Positions 9,917 to 21,063 of a stretch of 64,000 bases of DNA are shown in pieces. The stretch comes from Giardia intestinalis. Lineage: Eukaryota. A program made the position numbers and the translations under genes. The stretch is taken from NCBI GenBank assembly GCA_000002435.2, contig CM018790.1, one strand, 5' to 3'. The notes under the pieces were generated by a model. The model was given only the letters and a program-made list of their open reading frames with translations, was not told the DNA's origin and searched no databases. Position 1 is the stretch's first letter. Each line of letters starts with the position of its first letter.

Positions 9917-11803
9917 ATGTTGCTGGTAGTTTTCTACTTTGTGCTGAGTGCTCTTGCGGGAGCATGTACTGTTGAGGCTAACACACGAGATTGTACAGAG
10001 AATAAGTGCGAAATGGTTGGCGAAACAGAAATCTGTACACAATGCAAGACGGGCGGAAATGTTCCCATTGATGGAGTGTGTAAGGCGGTTGCTGAGGCCG
10101 CCAATAAGTGTACGAAGAGCGATGACAATCCGGTAGGCGCAGGAGATACGACTTGTGGAAAATGCGTAAACGCATACTTCATGTACAAAGGCGGATGTTA
10201 TCTGGCCGGTGCAGCTGGACCGGGTACTGGTACTAAAATGTGCAAGCAGGCTGCTGGTGGCAAGTGTACGCAAGCTGCTGATGCGAAGAACTACTTCATT
10301 CCACCAGCAAATACAGACGATACTCATGATTCTGTCGTTTGGTGCGGTGATGAAATAGGCGTAACACTTAGTAGTACTCAGTATAAGGGTGTTGCTAAGT
10401 GCCTAGTATGTGATGCTCCCGGTGGGGCTGGTGCTGCAACGTGCACAACCTGTGAAGACGGGTACTTTGGTGCTACTTGTAAAAAATGCCATGAAAGTTG
10501 TAGGACATGTGAAGCTGCAGAAGAGAATAAGTGCAAGTCGTGTACAGATGGCTACTTCCTTGGAGCAACCAATGGAGCCGCAGGTAAGTGCCTTAAGTGT
10601 AACTCTAAAACAGAGGAAGGCTGGCACGGAGTTGACAACTGTGCTAAGTGCACGTCATCTAATACGCAAAACACCCCTGCGACATGCACTGAATGCGTTG
10701 CAAATTTCTATCTAAAACCAGCCGCGGGTGCAACTCCTTCTAGTTGCGTCACAGAAACGGGGTGCGGTGACGGATACTTCCCAACTATTGTTGATGAGAT
10801 CAAGAAATGTATCGCTTGCGGTACAGCTGCAAATGGTGGCATAGATGACTGCAAAAAGTGTTCTCTCAAAACAACGTCTGCGAAGGCAGGAATAGAGATC
10901 GTATGCACTGAATGTAATACTAAATGGCTCAGTCCTCTAGGAGACGCATGTTTGGATAGCTGTCCTCCTGGAACACATGCTGATTCTGGCAATATTTGTC
11001 CTTTATGTCATAGCACATGTGCAGAGTGTGATGGCAATGCAGAAGCCACATCGTGCAGAGCATGTTATCCCGGATTTGTGCTGAGTTATGGCAGCGATAA
11101 AGTCAGAGGCACATGTATTCAAGAATGTACCGGCAAATACGCAGAAAATTGTGAAGAAAATATGTGTACGGCTGTCCTTGGAGGCTCCAAGTATTGTAGC
11201 AAGTGTAAGGCCGGATTCGTTCCAATAGATGGTGTCTGTGTATCGACAGCTTCACGAGCAGTAACCGGATGTACGCCAGGAAATGGAGTATGCATTGCAT
11301 GTACAGACTCATACTTCTTACAGTCTGGAGGATGCTATCAGTCGACAGTGTTTCCTGGTAATAAGCTGTGTACACTAGCTAGTAATGGAAAGTGTACAGC
11401 ATGCTCCAACGGGCAAACAGCAGATGGTCAAGGTTCGTGCCCAGCGTGTAATGCCATCTGTGCAACATGTGCGGCAGGAAATATAGACCAATGCCAAACT
11501 TGCTTCCCTGGATACTATAAATCCGGAACTAAGTGCGTAAAATGTAGCATTACTGACAACGGAATAACTGGTGTAGAGAACTGCATAAGCTGTGCCCCTC
11601 CAGCTGGTAATAGTGGTCCTGTCACTTGCTATATGAAGACAGATGACACTAACGATGGTGGTAACGACAACAACGGCGGAAGCACGAACAAGAGCGGGCT
11701 CTCCACAGGGGCCATCGCGGGGATCTCCGTGGCTGTGATTGTTGTTGTAGGTGGTCTCATAGGCTTCTTGTGTTGGTGGTTCATATGTAGAGGGAAGGCG
11801 TAA
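9917..11803 (+). CDS. vsp: Variant-specific surface protein (VSP), 628 aa, copy 1.
   Basis: The ATG is at 9917. The product has an N-terminal signal peptide (MLLVVFYFVLSALAGA), many CXXC motifs, GGCY motifs (KGGCYLAG, QSGGCYQS), and a single C-terminal transmembrane helix (AIAGISVAVIVVVGGLIGFLCWWFI). It ends in the invariant Giardia VSP tail CRGKA, and the stop codon TAA is embedded in ACTTAGGTAGTAAAC. Confidence 0.92.
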   Translation: MLLVVFYFVLSALAGACTVEANTRDCTENKCEMVGETEICTQCKTGGNVPIDGVCKAVAEAANKCTKSDDNPVGAGDTTCGKCVNAYFMYKGGCYLAGAAGPGTGTKMCKQAAGGKCTQAADAKNYFIPPANTDDTHDSVVWCGDEIGVTLSSTQYKGVAKCLVCDAPGGAGAATCTTCEDGYFGATCKKCHESCRTCEAAEENKCKSCTDGYFLGATNGAAGKCLKCNSKTEEGWHGVDNCAKCTSSNTQNTPATCTECVANFYLKPAAGATPSSCVTETGCGDGYFPTIVDEIKKCIACGTAANGGIDDCKKCSLKTTSAKAGIEIVCTECNTKWLSPLGDACLDSCPPGTHADSGNICPLCHSTCAECDGNAEATSCRACYPGFVLSYGSDKVRGTCIQECTGKYAENCEENMCTAVLGGSKYCSKCKAGFVPIDGVCVSTASRAVTGCTPGNGVCIACTDSYFLQSGGCYQSTVFPGNKLCTLASNGKCTACSNGQTADGQGSCPACNAICATCAAGNIDQCQTCFPGYYKSGTKCVKCSITDNGITGVENCISCAPPAGNSGPVTCYMKTDDTNDGGNDNNGGSTNKSGLSTGAIAGISVAVIVVVGGLIGFLCWWFICRGKA

Positions 11804-11817
11804 CTTAGGTAGTAAAC
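11803..11817 (+). promoter_or_regulatory. VSP-type extended polyadenylation signal ACTTAGGTAGTAAAC overlapping the stop codon.
   Basis: The sequence acttaggtagtaaac begins at the last base of the TAA stop. It matches the vsp extended poly(A) signal consensus as I recall it (ACTYAGRTAGTRAAY), and it contains the general Giardia AGTRAAY poly(A) motif. Confidence 0.6.
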
Positions 11818-14536
11818 GCGTTACTTTATGTAACCTATGTAGATGTGCTGCTGGGGCTATCTGAGCGCGGTCCAGAGATCGTGTGGGTAATCATCGCTCC
11901 TTCCTGACCAGTCCAGAGACGATGGCTGGTTGTGAATAATATAACGAGAGAATCCTCTCCAGTGATACCTCCAGAGCCTGGTGCATTCCTCAATCATTTC
12001 GTGGGCGTGTGCTCAGACCGAATGCGTACATCGGTCCTTTAGGGGTTCAGGCCCTCTTGCAGACTCTCTGATCCGCCGGCGCCTCTCCTTGGTCTGCCGC
12101 CTTGGTGGATGAGGCTTGGGTCGCTGTCTTTTTTAGATGCCCCCATCTGTCAGAGGGCTGCCCTCGGGCTCTCTTCTGGCCGCCCCTCGGTGTCCGTCCG
12201 GCTGTGGCCCGGGCAGTGCTTCTACAGTCGCGGTCACTTGGGTATCAGCGGGCCAGCTGGTGGGCGAGGCGGGGTTGGTGAGGCTGGAGGGGACTGGTGG
12301 GGGCTGAGGTGGGCGGTGTTGTATGCGCCCCTGACCTCTTGGTGAGTGGGGTGATCGCAGCTGTTATGACTGGGGGCTGTCCATCTGTGACTCATCCCTC
12401 TGTGTGCTCGTGGTCTGTGAGTGCCTCCACCCAGACAACCCTCAGGAGCCGGAGAGTGGTGCCAGCCTAGCTGTCCTCCCTCCTCGGTGCCTCCCAGTGC
12501 AGACTCACCGGAGGCCACTACCCTGTCAGCCACCCGAAGGAGCCGTGCACGCCGGGACAGAGAGAGTGACCAAGGGGAGTCAAGCAGCCCTGCCATGAGA
12601 GTGCACAGCAACCAGCCTGGACTGTATGGGCTGCTCGAACAGTGGTAGTGGCAGACGACTCCCTCTGACAGCAGCCCTGATGACGGCACTGGCCTGCTCT
12701 TGAGACTGAATGACAGTGAACACAGACGGACATGAGCGCAGGAGGACCATCCACACACGAACAGACTGTGTGGACCCAGAGAGGACTAGGGTCTGCTCAG
12801 ACACACGCTGACTGTGCCCCATACGAGAGTACCAGGCAACCACCCGAGCACCCGAGAGGCAGGTACAGCCACGGGCACTAGAGATCCCCAGCCAGACACA
12901 TTGCCATGCTCATCCACAGGGGCATCAGAGGGCCAGGTGGGGTCACTCTCACAATCAGGGGCCTGATAGGAAGCCAGAGGACCCGAGCAGCACAGCACAG
13001 CAGGCCCAAGGGAGGCACACTCCAGGCAGGTGAGCAGTGGCAGAGCCTTGACAGCTGCCAGCCCCCCATGACACCCAGGCAGGCACCAGACTCCGAAGAC
13101 TCGCTGGCCTCCACCTATGACCCGAGAGGGCAGCAACCAGAGGAGCGAGGAGGCCTTCGGATGACACAAGAGGCCGGCTGTCCAGCGGGCGATGGAGCAC
13201 AGGTGGCCTCTGAGCACCATAAGGCACAGGACTGACCATCAGAGTGATGCCCGGTCACAGAGACGACCACGAGCACCCTCCACCCACTCTGAGGGGCTGT
13301 CGATCATTCACTGCCTCTCATAGCAGACCTCCTTAAGGGCAGTGCAGTGGGTCCCAGCTCATGCAGGAGGGTGCACACCCCTCAGTATAGGACACCCCGA
13401 CTCTCCCCGAGGGGTCATCAGAGCCATGAGAGGTGTCAAGGTCCTGATAGATCACACCGGGAACCCCTCGAATGGGCACAGCAGGTGAGGTATGGGTGAC
13501 CCCAGCGTGCTCCTCTCTGCATGGTAGAGCATCCTGAGACCAAGGGGGTCACCTCTGCCTACGGATAATACACAGCACTCCATGACAAGGACCCACCAGG
13601 AGCAGCACAGCTGACCACGGGGACAGTGCAGTCACCAGTGCCCCACCGTGCCAGTCTTCTGGGCCATCACACTAGAGGCACGAGAGAACCCCATCCCATC
13701 CACCGGCTCATCTATGCCCCTGCTGGCCCGAGGTGAACTAACCTTGTCGAGGCACTGGACAGGGCATGCCAGGGGGCCCAGCAGACCCGCACAGAGCAAC
13801 AGGAGGGGCTGCGATGGCCTGCCTCACCCTTCACGCACCAGCCAGACAGAGCAGCAGTACTGCCTGAGACATGCAGGGGCTAAGGGAGGCGCTCAGTCGG
13901 GGGACACGACACGATCGTCGGTGCCTCTGTCTCGGGAGTGCAACGCAGGCTGGTGATCAGACACAACCACCTTAGCAAACAGAGCGGGGATCACCCACCA
14001 CCGCAATGACCCACCGGACCCAGGGGCGCATACAACACCGCCCACCTCAGCCCCCACCAGTCCCCTCCAGCCTCACCAACCCCGCCTCGCCCACCAGCTG
14101 GCCCGCTGATACCCAAGTGACCGCGACTGTAGAAGCACTGCCCGGGCCACAGCCGGACGGACACCGAGGGGCGGCCAGAAGAGAGCCCGAGGGCAGCCCT
14201 CTGACAGATGGGGGCATCTAAAAAAGACAGCGACCCAAGCCTCATCCACCAAGGCGGCAGACCAAGGAGAGGCGCCGGCGGATCAGAGAGTCTGCAAGAG
14301 GGCCTGAACCCCTAAAGGACCGATGTACGCATTCGGTCTGAGCACACGCCCACGAAATGATTGAGGAATGCACCAGGCTCTGGAGGTATCACTGGAGAGG
14401 ATTCTCTCGTTATATTATTCACAACCAGCCATCGTCTCTGGACTGGTCAGGAAGGAGCGATGATTACCCACACGATCTCTGGACCGCGCTCAGATAGCCC
14501 CAGCAGCACATCTACATAGGTTACATAAAGTAACGC

Positions 14537-14551
14537 GTTTACTACCTAAGT
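14537..14551 (-). promoter_or_regulatory. VSP-type extended polyadenylation signal of VSP copy 2, the mirror image of 11803-11817.
   Basis: It is the reverse complement of the same 15-mer, located at the 3' end of the minus-strand VSP. Confidence 0.6.
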
Positions 14552-16437
14552 TACGCCTTCCCTCTACATATGAACCACCAACACAAGAAGCCTATGAGAC
14601 CACCTACAACAACAATCACAGCCACGGAGATCCCCGCGATGGCCCCTGTGGAGAGCCCGCTCTTGTTCGTGCTTCCGCCGTTGTTGTCGTTACCACCATC
14701 GTTAGTGTCATCTGTCTTCATATAGCAAGTGACAGGACCACTATTACCAGCTGGAGGGGCACAGCTTATGCAGTTCTCTACACCAGTTATTCCGTTGTCA
14801 GTAATGCTACATTTTACGCACTTAGTTCCGGATTTATAGTATCCAGGGAAGCAAGTTTGGCATTGGTCTATATTTCCTGCCGCACATGTTGCACAGATGG
14901 CATTACACGCTGGGCACGAACCTTGACCATCTGCTGTTTGCCCGTTGGAGCATGCTGTACACTTTCCATTACTAGCTAGTGTACACAGCTTATTACCAGG
15001 AAACACTGTCGACTGATAGCATCCTCCAGACTGTAAGAAGTATGAGTCTGTACATGCAATGCATACTCCATTTCCTGGCGTACATCCGGTTACTGCTCGT
15101 GAAGCTGTCGATACACAGACACCATCTATTGGAACGAATCCGGCCTTACACTTGCTACAATACTTGGAGCCTCCAAGGACAGCCGTACACATATTTTCTT
15201 CACAATTTTCTGCGTATTTGCCGGTACATTCTTGAATACATGTGCCTCTGACTTTATCGCTGCCATAACTCAGCACAAATCCGGGATAACATGCTCTGCA
15301 CGATGTGGCTTCTGCATTGCCATCACACTCTGCACATGTGCTATGACATAAAGGACAAATATTGCCAGAATCAGCATGTGTTCCAGGAGGACAGCTATCC
15401 AAACATGCGTCTCCTAGAGGACTGAGCCATTTAGTATTACATTCAGTGCATACGATCTCTATTCCTGCCTTCGCAGACGTTGTTTTGAGAGAACACTTTT
15501 TGCAGTCATCTATGCCACCATTTGCAGCTGTACCGCAAGCGATACATTTCTTGATCTCATCAACAATAGTTGGGAAGTATCCGTCACCGCACCCCGTTTC
15601 TGTGACGCAACTAGAAGGAGTTGCACCCGCGGCTGGTTTTAGATAGAAATTTGCAACGCATTCAGTGCATGTCGCAGGGGTGTTTTGCGTATTAGATGAC
15701 GTGCACTTAGCACAGTTGTCAACTCCGTGCCAGCCTTCCTCTGTTTTAGAGTTACACTTAAGGCACTTACCTGCGGCTCCATTGGTTGCTCCAAGGAAGT
15801 AGCCATCTGTACACGACTTGCACTTATTCTCTTCTGCAGCTTCACATGTCCTACAACTTTCATGGCATTTTTTACAAGTAGCACCAAAGTACCCGTCTTC
15901 ACAGGTTGTGCACGTTGCAGCACCAGCCCCACCGGGAGCATCACATACTAGGCACTTAGCAACACCCTTATACTGAGTACTACTAAGTGTTACGCCTATT
16001 TCATCACCGCACCAAACGACAGAATCATGAGTATCGTCTGTATTTGCTGGTGGAATGAAGTAGTTCTTCGCATCAGCAGCTTGCGTACACTTGCCACCAG
16101 CAGCCTGCTTGCACATTTTAGTACCAGTACCCGGTCCAGCTGCACCGGCCAGATAACATCCGCCTTTGTACATGAAGTATGCGTTTACGCATTTTCCACA
16201 AGTCGTATCTCCTGCGCCTACCGGATTGTCATCGCTCTTCGTACACTTATTGGCGGCCTCAGCAACCGCCTTACACACTCCATCAATGGGAACATTTCCG
16301 CCCGTCTTGCATTGTGTACAGATTTCTGTTTCGCCAACCATTTCGCACTTATTCTCTGTACAATCTCGTGTGTTAGCCTCAACAGTACATGCTCCCGCAA
16401 GAGCACTCAGCACAAAGTAGAAAACTACCAGCAACAT
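14551..16437 (-). CDS. vsp: Variant-specific surface protein (VSP), 628 aa, copy 2. Its amino-acid sequence is identical to copy 1, and the two genes converge.
   Basis: It is the mirror image of 9917..11803 within the palindrome. The translation is 100% identical, including the CRGKA terminus. Confidence 0.92.
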   Translation of the reverse strand: MLLVVFYFVLSALAGACTVEANTRDCTENKCEMVGETEICTQCKTGGNVPIDGVCKAVAEAANKCTKSDDNPVGAGDTTCGKCVNAYFMYKGGCYLAGAAGPGTGTKMCKQAAGGKCTQAADAKNYFIPPANTDDTHDSVVWCGDEIGVTLSSTQYKGVAKCLVCDAPGGAGAATCTTCEDGYFGATCKKCHESCRTCEAAEENKCKSCTDGYFLGATNGAAGKCLKCNSKTEEGWHGVDNCAKCTSSNTQNTPATCTECVANFYLKPAAGATPSSCVTETGCGDGYFPTIVDEIKKCIACGTAANGGIDDCKKCSLKTTSAKAGIEIVCTECNTKWLSPLGDACLDSCPPGTHADSGNICPLCHSTCAECDGNAEATSCRACYPGFVLSYGSDKVRGTCIQECTGKYAENCEENMCTAVLGGSKYCSKCKAGFVPIDGVCVSTASRAVTGCTPGNGVCIACTDSYFLQSGGCYQSTVFPGNKLCTLASNGKCTACSNGQTADGQGSCPACNAICATCAAGNIDQCQTCFPGYYKSGTKCVKCSITDNGITGVENCISCAPPAGNSGPVTCYMKTDDTNDGGNDNNGGSTNKSGLSTGAIAGISVAVIVVVGGLIGFLCWWFICRGKA

Positions 16438-19400
16438 TGAGGTCCTTCTCAGCTTGTCGTATAAGTAAGAATAAGATACTTAAGACTAAAGACCTGACTA
16501 CACTATGCTAATTAATCCAAAGAGATTCGTCTTCTACGATACCTCTGCTTAGGGCATAGAAGCTCATCGAATACTAAGCACATCTACTGCATACAGCCCA
16601 CGCGAGCTCCCTGGGTCTGAACCCCATGCTCCCTGCACAACACGCAGGGAAACAGAAAATCCAAAAATAAGTGGTGAGACCTCTCCACACGCTTGCCGCC
16701 TCTCTGCCCTGCGGCCAATCAAAGGACGGCTCGAGTGCCTCCACTGTGCCGTGGGTTCGTTGCTGGCTTTTCTCCTGGCGTCTTTGCGTCTCTGATAAGC
16801 CAGCTCCCTGTGCTTTCCCTGGACGGGTCGGGCCCCTGCGGACCCCCGTGCGCCGATGACCTTCTCTCCGCCTCCGTAGCATTCGCATCCCTTTGGATTA
16901 TGTCTGCGACCTCTGGTCGTCACAGGGGAGCCTCCCTTAATGAAAGACCCCTACGAGATCCTAAGAGAAGATCGCAGCAACCACTGGGGTTTGTGGAAGG
17001 TGTGAACCGGCAAAGATTAGATAATAAGGTGCAGCAGTCTGTTGGATGTACAGTGTGTCATTTCTGGCCTTTTTTAATGAATATTATTAAGATATCCTAT
17101 CGCATGACGGGATGCCATGTGAAGCTTAGAAGGCGCAGACAAGCAGTCCCGCATCTGGACAAGGAGAATCACTGACCAAGCCGTGCCACCTTCTAAGTTG
17201 ATTGACCAGGACTCCTGTCATCCCTTCTGGATCATCTTGAGACCATCACTACCACCACTAGTGAAAACACCTGGGTTTGCAGTACCCTGAGCCTATTGGT
17301 GTAGGACTTTAGGCCCTCAGAGCTTCCTACATGTGGATACCTATAGTAGAGGGAGCAGAAATCCAGGAGAGTATAATGACTTGCCAGCTACTGGCCGAAA
17401 TCCTGATCTAGAATCCTTTGTGGCTTTGTGTGAGGCAGAAGGATGGTCAGATCTCCCGTCTGTTGATAAGGGAGTTAGATAGCGTTCGTTTGTGACCTTT
17501 GGTCCAAGCTATAACTGGCCATGGGTAGATATGCCGATCGATACAAGTGCCCTATCTCTTGACGCAAGAATTATACCATACGAAAGGTTGCATCATTACG
17601 GCATGACATGTCTTTCTGATGCACAATACGAAAGTGGGCCCCCGTTGTGCAGCTGGGAATCCGAACAACCCGACTGAAGGCGCCATATCTCATATTATTT
17701 CTAATACAATTCTGCTAGAGGCAGGGACATCGATATTCATAAGCTGATACGAGAAATGGGAGGTTCAGCAGCATACACCTTGAGTCGGGGAGCACCATAG
17801 ATATACATCTTGGATACAATCTTGTCAAGGATCTTATAGGAGACTGGCCTGGGCCTCAGTGGCAGGGCGGTCTTCATTGAGAAAGCGGATGTTGTGACTG
17901 CTGACAACTCGCCCATTTATTCTTGGGAAAGACACCGCTAATGCTCATTACTGCGGGATGGCTGACCCTTACTTACCTATAGGACCACTGATGTACAGTG
18001 TAGATTATCTACAGGGTTGATATCGTCATCTATCGCTGGCTCTACATGAGTAGGGTGGACTCTGCGGATTGATCAGTCATCTTAAGAAATCGTGCACCAG
18101 CGAGGCTGCATTGCGGCCTGCATTCGATAGGTAAGGGTTCCATTGGGCTGTAATGCACCTTGCAGAGCCCACAAGGTGTGTAGCTACCTCAGCGCAGCCA
18201 CCGAGATGGTAGCCTTACTTAATTGAGACTCGCAGATCTGAGCACAGTATAGCACCTTTTCGAGTCTTTGGAGTCAAGCGTATCTCAAGCGACGAAGATA
18301 AATGGAGACACGGAGATAGTCAATACTAACAATAAGCTGCTCTGATCCCTGCTATCTGAGGAATTAGCAGAATCGTAGAATAACAAGGACCCATTTCATA
18401 CCCCTGCTCAGGTGGCTGTGTCTTGATGAAAGTACGTGCCACAGTCACTGCCAGCTGTCTGTTGGTAGAATACCACTACACTGGAGGCCATGATCTGGGT
18501 TGCTAATTAGACTAAGAAGCAACAATAATTACACAAACAATGAGTGAGAAAGTCAATGCTGATTGTGTATCTCCCACATTGAACATACCCACTGCACAGG
18601 GTAAAGTGCTTAACGTCCCAGGGGCCCATTGAAACCAAGTGCTTGTCAGTAACAATATACATACGGGCTCCAAACGGCAGGGAGAACTAGATGGCGGCTG
18701 GCGAGGAGATACTGGAGAGCACAACGGATGTCCACATGGTAAACTGGTGGTTCTTTTCCTTAGCAGACAGGACTCTGGCCTGTAATGGTTACCTACATGA
18801 CGCATGCCTTACAGGACCGATAGAAGCATCTGCATACTAATCTGGAAAGGCTATCAGCAGGTTATACGAGATATGCAAGTGGAGAACAAGAGCGGACCAT
18901 ACCACCCTGACTGATGAGCAATCTAAATTACGTAACGTGTGTACCAGCCCCTTGGTCGAAGGTGAAGGTACACTGTAGAACACCACACAGGCCGGAGGTG
19001 TTGTTGGTGAATGTCTGCCACGGGAAGACGCAAGTGAGGTACCTGTGGACAGAGACCACACTGACTGGTACTGATCTGCACAGTATACCCCTACAATCGA
19101 TCTTAATCTGTATGTGGAGAGAAAGCGAGCCTCCTCGACTCCAGACGAAGCAGACCCCAATAAATACTACGTTGCTACAAACGTATAAAATCAAAAAGAG
19201 CGTCCGGTTTGCCCACAGACCCCGTGACGTTTCCATGCTTAGAAGTCAGAGGGGCACTACAAGTGTCACCACTGCAATCTGAGCCGGTAGCTGGCCTCTC
19301 TAGCGTCAGGTGTATCTCACTGGTTTGCTGATGGCCTCTACCCTCTCCGTGCGAACCGGCTTTCCAGGAATCACTGTGCATGGATAGCCTTCTATGCATA

Positions 19401-20924
19401 TAAATAGCATCTTCCTTTGCTGAGGCATGCCACCCAGGATCAAACACTATAAGGCAAGCGCGACCAGAAGCAATTTTCCTTACAAGCCCGTCTACCACTA
19501 GCAGTGAGCATCCAAACGTGTGCACAGGTCCTTGACAAGTGCACTGCGATTCAGGTCGGTCAGTATACTAGACTCGTGACACTTGGTGCACGGATTTCTG
19601 TTTTTAGCTATAGGTATGGAGCCCATGCCTTACCTTGAAAGACGGTGGAACGCTCTGCAGGACCCTTCTGGATATACAGCTATCGCTATAGCTGATGGGG
19701 GAGTAGGTGCGAAGACCTTATGCTTAAACAAAAGCACTCTAGTGCAACCAAGGGCTGTCTCTCGTCAATAGCAGACAGCTCAGACAGGTGGTGTCCATTC
19801 CATCATCAGACCTTATGCGGCGTGTGTGCATTATTAGAGAAGCTTCTGTAATCTCTGCTCAGTCTGCTGGGCAGGCACAGCCCAAGTGCAACGAAGACGG
19901 TGGTGGAGGCAGCCACCGGCGCAGGGCAGTGGGGCGTGTTGCTCGGTGCAGCGCTCTGTAGTTGGAGACTTCGGCCCTCTGAGACGGTCATAGTACAATG
20001 TCCACACATGCAATTGCCTTTTCATGCTGCTTACCCCTATAAGCAGTTGCGATGCATCATACATCAGAAGCGGCGCAGAAGGTCCTCAGACTACCGGACC
20101 AGTAGACCGAACTGACAAGGGCAGCTGGCCATGCACGCAGAATCTCTGTCCTGGGGGCGGCGGGCGCGACGGCTGCCTCAAGTTTTTTAGCCGGGGTGGG
20201 GCTGTCACCTGCTATCTGAGTGATCTTCCCATGCAAGCTACCGCCGCTCTGGGGAAGCAGGTCTCCCTCATCCCTGCATTGGCCAAGATCAAAACCCAAA
20301 GTTCGAACTCAAGTGCCAAGCGACTCCGACGGGAGAAGAACTTTTGTTCTGCCCTCTTCCCAAGAACGAGACAGGACAACCACGATCAGGGGACGATCAT
20401 GATGCGCTCCACAAGGCAGTCCCGAGCCCCCTGGAGACCCAGACACTGGCCTTCCTCGAGACAGAGCAGACTGCGTTCCACCGATTGCACATGGGTGGTG
20501 TTCGCATGGCACAGGGAGACACAAGCTGATGGGTACAGCGGTCTTGCTCGACATAACGAGAGCCCCAACAGCAGACGGCCTCTCCCAGGCAAGTGTGCCC
20601 CGTCCCGAGGAGCTGCGTCGAGGCCTTCCTCCGGCTGGGACGCGCTGCACTCCTGGACTCGGTCCCTCGGGGCCCTGCGCATGCCCCCATACTGCGTGGT
20701 ACAGAACCTGCTCACCAGGAGCTGAAGGAGATACTCCACTCACTGCCCATGCCGATGACAGTGACGCGACAGGGTAGTCACAGAGGCGACAGACCTAGCG
20801 AAGCGCTATGCTCGACGGTCAACATTGGGTGTAAGAGCACTGAGGGGCAGGAGGCCTCCTTCCTGGCCGGTCTCAAGGAGCTCCCAGAGCAACGGAGAGC
20901 TTGAAGCCAGTGATGGCACTAATC

Positions 20925-21063
20925 ACTCGCCCCGCCTGTCCAGACGGACCCACACGTGACCCATGTGAATCCCTCGACAAGAAATAGGACTTGGGGTGCT
21001 TGGCTGGCAGAGGCGGACTGATCCTAACCGCACCGAAGAGTGGAGGCCTGGACCACCTGCCGG
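20925..21063 (+). repeat. Short dispersed repeat element, copy B, at the right outer boundary of the palindrome.
   Basis: ggcactaatcactcgcc...ggcagaggcggactgatcctaaccgcaccgaagagtggaggcctggaccacctgccggg matches 22997-23150 along its whole length with scattered mismatches. The match continues about 50 bp beyond the point where palindrome identity ends at 21014. Confidence 0.75.

Larger units (their letters stand above)
5340..12333. repeat. Left arm of a giant inverted repeat (palindrome). It is the reverse complement of 14021-21014, and the symmetry axis is near 13177.
   Basis: Paired ORFs on opposite strands have coordinates that sum to 26354, for example 9917..11803(+) with 14551..16437(-), and 5629..6330(-) with 20024..20725(+). 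Their translations are identical except for a few residues in the pairs between 5577-6297 and 20057-20777. Direct comparison of the sequence shows that identity ends at 5340 on the outside and at 12333 on the inside. Confidence 0.9.
14021..21014. repeat. Right arm of the giant inverted repeat. It is the reverse complement of 5340-12333.
   Basis: Same evidence as the left arm. The inner boundary is where ...gtatgcgcccctg stops matching, at 12333 on one side and 14021 on the other. The outer boundary is at the shared ggctggcagaggcg, at 5340-5352 and 21001-21014. Confidence 0.9.

Noticed and set aside
9917-11803. Assigning a specific named VSP, for example vsp1267
   Set aside because: The tail-to-tail arrangement about 3 kb apart resembles the published vsp1267 pair. 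I cannot recall that sequence reliably enough to assert identity, so only the family is called.
12100-14250. ORFs in and around the palindrome spacer, for example 12234..12758 (-) at 174 aa and 12786..13220 (-) at 144 aa
   Set aside because: They are mutually overlapping on both strands, Pro/Gly/Arg-rich, and have no start-proximal AT tract. They were judged spurious.
12100-14250. The possibility that the GC-rich blocks are rDNA
   Set aside because: Giardia rDNA is far more GC-extreme and its SSU/LSU sequence is recognisable. These blocks do not resemble it, and they carry no conserved rRNA motifs.
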